A DNA stretch of 63,499 nt, counting the filler, from an uncultured Methanosarcinales archaeon (GTDB taxonomy: Archaea > Nanobdellota > Nanobdellia > Woesearchaeales > CAZXZL01), in assembly GCA_964645415.1 (NCBI GenBank). It is 5 parts of 5 records of this genome, joined end to end, with 100 filler letters (N's around TTAATTAATTAA, not from the genome) between each part and the next. Parts side by side here need not be neighbours in the genome. Positions count along the whole stretch, not along the records: positions 55,133 to 63,499 come from CAZXZL010000039.1; 4 more parts are not named here. One strand, given 5' to 3'. The translations under genes were made by a program, and so were the position numbers. Positions 62,968 to 63,499 of the stretch are shown here, one piece after another. Position 1 is the stretch's first letter, and every line of letters begins with the position of its first letter. The notes beneath the pieces are model-generated. The model saw only the letters and a program-made list of their open reading frames with translations, searched no databases and was not told the origin of the DNA.

Positions 62968-63498
62968 TTATAAACTCTTAATAACTTTATATAATTTTGA
63001 TTCAACGTTTAATATTTTTTCTTCAATTTCTTTAATTAAATCTTCAGGATATGAATCTTTAATTTTTTCATACTCTTCCATTAATAAATTTAATTTATTT
63101 TTAAGATTCATTAAAGTATCAACTATATCATCATCAACATCAACATTAAATGATCCAAAGTTATAAAAAGCTTCAGTTTTACTCTTTTTTGAGTCATAAG
63201 AAATATTAAAATCTCTCTTTAATTTATCTAACTTTTTCATTGTGTTATTAAGTTCTTTTTCATTCTCAGAAAGATTTATTTTAGATAATTTTTCGTGTGA
63301 TATGACTTTTTTATAATCTGAAACTCTTTCTAATTTTTCAAGTTTAGTTTCAATTTGAGAAATTTTTGAAACTAAAAATAATTCGAGTTCATGATTCTCT
63401 TTTGATCTAAATTCAAGATTTTTCTCAAGATCAGAGATTTTATTTAACTTTTTTTCAAGAGAATCTATTTTTCTCTCTAGATCTTTATTATTATTATT
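62968..63498 (-). CDS. C-terminal part of a coiled-coil hypothetical protein (runs off the window)
   Basis: The frame of ORF 62968..63240 stays open to the window end. Confidence 0.65.
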   Translation of the reverse strand, partial: NNNNKDLERKIDSLEKKLNKISDLEKNLEFRSKENHELELFLVSKISQIETKLEKLERVSDYKKVISHEKLSKINLSENEKELNNTMKKLDKLKRDFNISYDSKKSKTEAFYNFGSFNVDVDDDIVDTLMNLKNKLNLLMEEYEKIKDSYPEDLIKEIEEKILNVESKLYKVIKSL

Positions 63499-63499
63499 A

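Overview
Very AT-rich archaeal DNA, most likely from a DPANN/Woesearchaeota-like lineage. Archaeal markers include TBP, aIF5A, L44e, L40e, SRP54, archaeal DnaG, AMP phosphorylase and a BHB-intron tRNA. They are mixed with many bacterial-type genes (lgt, mutS, gyrA, a long relA/spoT, radC, glgB, an RsbW-like kinase). The window is a pseudo-scaffold: four N-TTAATTAATTAA-N linkers and one plain N gap mean that adjacency across them is unproven. The most notable observation is that the canonical SRP RNA gene (24129-24393, minus) has an unannotated paralog 3.4 kb away (27751-28001, minus). The paralog keeps the Alu domain, its kissing-loop complementarity, the long helix 5, a TATA box and a T-run, but has lost the SRP54-binding motif of helix 8. 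Other highlights are a dispersed mosaic family of non-coding hairpin repeats with compensatory changes (REP/BIME-like), a four-gene coiled-coil plus Vps4/CDC48-like AAA operon, an ART-fold candidate, and a structured dnaG leader. All calls come from reading motifs by eye; no searches were run.
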